This document shows, in pieces, positions 13,282-16,144 of a stretch of 16,144 nt of DNA (position 1 is its first letter; every line of letters begins with the position of its first letter). The notes under the pieces are model-generated. The model did no database searches. It saw nothing but the letters and a program-made list of their open reading frames with translations, and was not told the DNA's origin. A program made the position numbers and the translations under genes. Origin of the DNA: Gemmatimonadales bacterium (GTDB lineage Bacteria > Gemmatimonadota > Gemmatimonadetes > Gemmatimonadales > GWC2-71-9). Location: NCBI GenBank assembly GCA_035637235.1, contig DASPXO010000025.1:1-16144 (forward strand). The letters are read 5' to 3'.

Positions 13282-14184
13282 CTAATCGCTGCGCCGGCGG
13301 ACCCGCCCCACTACCACCGTCACGTTGTCCTCGCCGCCGCGCTCCAGCGCCAGCCGGACGAGATCGCGACACACCTGCTCGGCGGACTCGAGGTGCAGGA
13401 GGCGCTCGCGGATCTCGTCCTCGGTCACGTGCCGGGTGAGGCCGTCGGTGCAGAGCAGGTTCACGTCCTCCCGCTGGCGATCGGCGACGAGTGTCAAGGG
13501 AGTCGCCTCGCGCCCGCCGAGCGCACTGGACAGCACGTTGCGCAGGGGCGACCGCTTCGCTTCCTCCCGTGTCAGGGCCCCCGCGCGCACCAGATCTTCG
13601 GCCACCGTTTGGTCGCGCGTCATGCGCTCGAGCCGGCCCTCGCGCAGGCGGAACCAGCTCGAGTCGCCGAGGTGCACCAGGTACGCCCGCGGCCAGAGAA
13701 AGAAGACCATCGTGAGCGTCGTGGCGCTGCCCCGCCCCCGGTATTCCCGTTCCCCCTCGTCGCGCAGCGTATCGTGGATCTTCAACACCGCCCGCTCGAG
13801 CTCGCCGAGGAACGCGTTGTCGTGCTCCGGGTCGAGGCGGCGGTACAGGTCGGTGAGGTGGGTGACGTAGTGCGCGATCGTCCGCACCGCGACGCCGCTC
13901 GCGGCCTGGCCGTCGGGCTGCCCGCCCACGCCGTCCGCGACGAGCAGGACGTAGCCGCGTGAATCGGTGACGAGCGTCGTGAGGTCGTCGGGGGGGATGC
14001 TCGATTGGTGGACGCGGAGGAGCTTGTGGAGGCTAGCGATCAGGAACTGGTCCTGGTTCTCCTTGCGGACGCGGCCGCGGTCGGTGAGACCGAAGACGTC
14101 GATGTCCGACGGGGCCGGTTTGGGCCCGGCCTCCGAAGCGGCCTGGTCGTCCCACGGGCGGGCAGATCCGATTGGGGCCGTCAT
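13282..14184 (-). CDS. PP2C-family (PPM) serine/threonine protein phosphatase
   Basis: Conserved PPM motifs FGLTDRGRVRKENQDQF, LLVADGVGGQ, GSATTLT, HLGDSS, DQT, NVLSSALGG, LLCTDGLT and GGEDNVTVVV are all present. The ATG at 14184 is preceded by gaggcg. The ORF-track start at 14196 is a GTG behind a CCUCCC stretch and is less likely. Confidence 0.9.
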   Translation of the reverse strand: MTAPIGSARPWDDQAASEAGPKPAPSDIDVFGLTDRGRVRKENQDQFLIASLHKLLRVHQSSIPPDDLTTLVTDSRGYVLLVADGVGGQPDGQAASGVAVRTIAHYVTHLTDLYRRLDPEHDNAFLGELERAVLKIHDTLRDEGEREYRGRGSATTLTMVFFLWPRAYLVHLGDSSWFRLREGRLERMTRDQTVAEDLVRAGALTREEAKRSPLRNVLSSALGGREATPLTLVADRQREDVNLLCTDGLTRHVTEDEIRERLLHLESAEQVCRDLVRLALERGGEDNVTVVVGRVRRRSD

Positions 14185-14266
14185 GCGACGCCTCACGCAG
14201 GGAGGATGGCAACAAGATGAGTGACCGGTCGGTTTTGTGCCAGAGGACGAAGGCGCGAAACACCGT

Positions 14267-15268
14267 TCAGTTCTTGGCGAGGAATCTCAGCACGGTTTCG
14301 TCGTAGAACCGTGGAGACGCGGCGTGACTGTCGTAGCCTGCGCCCGGCACGGTGACGAGCTCCTCCGTGAGCAGACAGCGCTCGAGCTCCTCGGTGATCA
14401 CGTGGAACATCCGCGGGCTGCGCTCGCCGGTGAGGAGCAACACCGGACTCCGGATGCTCGCCACGTCCTTGCAGGACAGCGGGGGGAGGTACGCGGCAGG
14501 GTCGGCCAGCAGCTCGAGCCGCAGCTCGAACGCCAGCCGGAGCACCCCCCGGCGCGAAGCCTCCGGGATGCGGTCGAAGCGGCCCGGGGTGCCGCTCACC
14601 CCGTCGAGGAAGCGGCGCAGCCCGCCCACCGAGTCCCCGCGCGCGAACGCCGCGCGTGCCGGGGTGAGGACGGTCGCGTCGAACGCACGGCGGATGGAGT
14701 CGCCCTCCGGAGTTCGTGCGAGCCAGGGAAGGATTGGCGGATCTTCGAGCACCAGCGTGCGCACCAGCTCCGGACGCCGCAGGGCGAGCAGCAGCGCCGC
14801 ATACGCCCCGTAGGAGGACCCGACGATGTGCGCGCGAGAGATTCCGAGGCGCTCGAGGAGCGCGGCCAGGTCGTCCGCATGGAGCGAGAGCGCATAGCTC
14901 TGTCCGTCGCGCTGCGCCGGGTTGGGCGGATGGTACCGGCGGCTGTACGCGATCACCCGGTACTGGGAGGCGAACGCGTCGAGCTGCGTCCGCCAGTCGT
15001 CCAGGGTGCCGAGGCTGCCGTGAACGAACACCACCGGCAGGCCGCTCCCCTTCTCCACGTAATGGAGCTCCGTCCCGTTGGCGCGCACGACGCGCGGCGG
15101 CAGCGCGGCGGCAGCCCCCCCGGGGGCGGGGGCCGGGGCGGGCGCGGCACCCGGTTGCCCTTCCGGAGGCGACACCGCGCGGTGCCGGCCGCAGCTCGTC
15201 GCGACCGCGCAGGCCGTGATGAGGCCAGAGGAGAAGCGAATACCGGGTCGGCGGCTAGCGGTGACCAT
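14267..15268 (-). CDS. Alpha/beta-hydrolase-fold protein, probable lipoprotein
   Basis: HG oxyanion motif VVFVHGSLG and nucleophile elbow IVGSSYGAY (GxSxG). The N-terminus MVTASRRPGIRFSSGLITAC has lipobox ITAC, followed by a Pro/Ala-rich linker PPEGQPGAAPAPAPAPGGAAAALPP. ATG at 15268; the ORF-track alternative is GTG 15292. High GC3. Confidence 0.85.
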   Translation of the reverse strand: MVTASRRPGIRFSSGLITACAVATSCGRHRAVSPPEGQPGAAPAPAPAPGGAAAALPPRVVRANGTELHYVEKGSGLPVVFVHGSLGTLDDWRTQLDAFASQYRVIAYSRRYHPPNPAQRDGQSYALSLHADDLAALLERLGISRAHIVGSSYGAYAALLLALRRPELVRTLVLEDPPILPWLARTPEGDSIRRAFDATVLTPARAAFARGDSVGGLRRFLDGVSGTPGRFDRIPEASRRGVLRLAFELRLELLADPAAYLPPLSCKDVASIRSPVLLLTGERSPRMFHVITEELERCLLTEELVTVPGAGYDSHAASPRFYDETVLRFLAKN

Positions 15269-15824
15269 CTGCTTGACGAGGCCAGTTCGCACCGCGCCAG
15301 GTGCGCGAGTGGAGCCGTCCCGGCCAGAGCGGCGGTGCCAGCCGAGCGACGAGCATCGACACAGCCGTGAACAGCGCTACGACGGGAGCCGCACTCACCG
15401 CCCCGCGAACCCGCTCCCCCACGCCCCCGGACCCTGTGGCGAACTCCTCGGCAGCGAACGCCGCTGCGACCAGGAGTCCCAACAGGCCGCTCCCGGCGGA
15501 CGCGCCCAGCCACGAGCGCTCGAGCCCCGAGCCGGCGAGCACGCGCACATACAGCCCGAGCGCGAGCGCCTCTGCCGGGACCACGGTGCCCAGCACCAAC
15601 CCGCCGGCGTACAAGACAATCGGCGAGCGGTGCTGCAGCTGCCACAGGGCCCCCAACAGCGCGACGCCGGCGGCGAATGAGCCCGCGAGCCAGAGGAACA
15701 GGCGTCCCCAGAGCATGTGCCACGGCACCTCAGGACCGCGACCGAAGCGGCCGCGAGCCACGAACAGCAGTCCGGCGGCGCAGCCGAGCACGTAGATCAG
15801 GAACCAGGGGCTTACTCCGAGCAC
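15255..15824 (-). CDS. Hypothetical polytopic membrane protein (189 aa)
   Basis: GC3 is about 85-90% over the ORF. Hydrophobic segments include WFLIYVLGCAAGLLFVA, LFLWLAGSFAAGVALLGALW, IVLYAGGLVLGTVVPAEALALGLYV and LLGLLVAAAFAA. The start is uncertain (GTG 15824 or an internal ATG). The 3' end overlaps the hydrolase start by about 14 nt. Confidence 0.5.
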   Translation of the reverse strand: MLGVSPWFLIYVLGCAAGLLFVARGRFGRGPEVPWHMLWGRLFLWLAGSFAAGVALLGALWQLQHRSPIVLYAGGLVLGTVVPAEALALGLYVRVLAGSGLERSWLGASAGSGLLGLLVAAAFAAEEFATGSGGVGERVRGAVSAAPVVALFTAVSMLVARLAPPLWPGRLHSRTWRGANWPRQADGHR

Positions 15825-15981
15825 GGCGCTGAATCTGCACCGTCCGACGCCGGGCCGCGAGTGCGCCTACTGGACGTCGCGCGTCGTCCATTCGTCGAGA
15901 ATCCCGTCCTTCGCTGCGCGCTGCCGGGGCAGGCTAACGGACCGGGCGATCGTTGGTCAAGATGTGGCATCGGTGCCGCAC

Positions 15982-16144
15982 CTCGTTCAGTGCGCCTCTC
16001 GCGCCGTGGCCGTGAGTGAACCGCCCCCGCCGAGCTCCCACGTCCGCCACAGGAAGTACACCGCGGGAATCACCACCAGCGTCAGCACCGTCGCCGTCAC
16101 CATGCCGCCGACCATGGGCGCCGCAATCCGCTTCATCACGTCGG
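15982..16144 (-). CDS. RND-family efflux transporter permease (AcrB/CzcA/CusA type), C-terminal 53 codons only; the 5' end lies beyond the window end
   Basis: Reverse-complement translation DVMKRIAAPMVGGMVTATVLTLVVIPAVYFLWRTWELGGGGSLTATAREAH* is the characteristic last TM helix and tail of RND pumps (PMVGG...TLLTLxVIPxxY). The stop is the rc of 15982-15984. Confidence 0.75.

Noticed and set aside
12011-15723. ORFs 12011..13012 (+), 12909..13439 (+), 13036..13962 (+), 14237..15370 (+), 14953..15723 (-) and 15301..15795 (+)
   Set aside because: They are antisense or off-frame to the hypothetical, PP2C, hydrolase and membrane-protein genes. The PP2C and hydrolase frames carry diagnostic motifs, and the others have low-complexity translations.
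15825-15981. Small ORF or promoter in the gap between the RND pump stop and the membrane-protein gene (TTGACC-N17-TTAGCC on the minus strand; + ORF 15717..16019)
   Set aside because: The -10 match is poor and the candidate ORFs have low GC3 and low-complexity translations. I cannot support a feature here.

Overview
This is a 16.1 kb window of very GC-rich (about 70%) bacterial chromosomal DNA. Both SD-led and SD-less gene starts are present; a soil-type high-GC lineage such as Gemmatimonadota is a guess only. All coordinates were indexed by hand and may be off by 1-2 nt. Line 5881 appears shifted by one relative to the ORF track, so ORF-track ends were used there. I call 19 protein-coding genes plus one gene remnant. 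(1) A cyclase/arylformamidase-family gene runs off the 5' edge on the minus strand. (2) A plus-strand module follows: small lipoprotein, NfeD-like protein, flotillin (SPFH) and a second lipoprotein. (3) A plus-strand run of DinB_2, DUF360, DUF423 and a DUF2029/GT87-like membrane protein is followed by a roughly 85-nt diverged copy of the DUF360 3' end, so the DUF423+GT87 pair is bracketed by direct repeats. (4) A 1305-aa secreted protein has three purple-acid-phosphatase-like metallophosphoesterase domains of which only the middle one keeps the catalytic motifs, separated by PKD-type domains that include a near-identical 549-nt tandem duplication. (5) A 4-gene operon with overlapping start/stop codons encodes a DSD1-like PLP enzyme, a DUF420 (CtaM-like) protein, a small Cys-containing membrane protein and a secreted DUF2914 protein. 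(6) A minus-strand run encodes an RND pump C-terminus (partial), a membrane protein, a lipoprotein alpha/beta hydrolase, a PP2C phosphatase and a 205-aa unknown. Non-coding signals worth follow-up are an exact 16-nt motif (TGACCTCACCCCCTGA) at two intergenic sites with SD-sequestering hairpins, a 2 x 16-nt direct repeat upstream of the giant gene, a (GGGGCTAA)n/(CCCCTAGC)n palindromic minisatellite with G-quadruplex potential on both strands, and a tandem-inverted repeat at a convergent gene junction. No rRNA, tRNA, CRISPR array, transposase or integrase was recognised. Most ORF-track entries are antisense or off-frame shadows of the real genes, as is typical of high-GC DNA.
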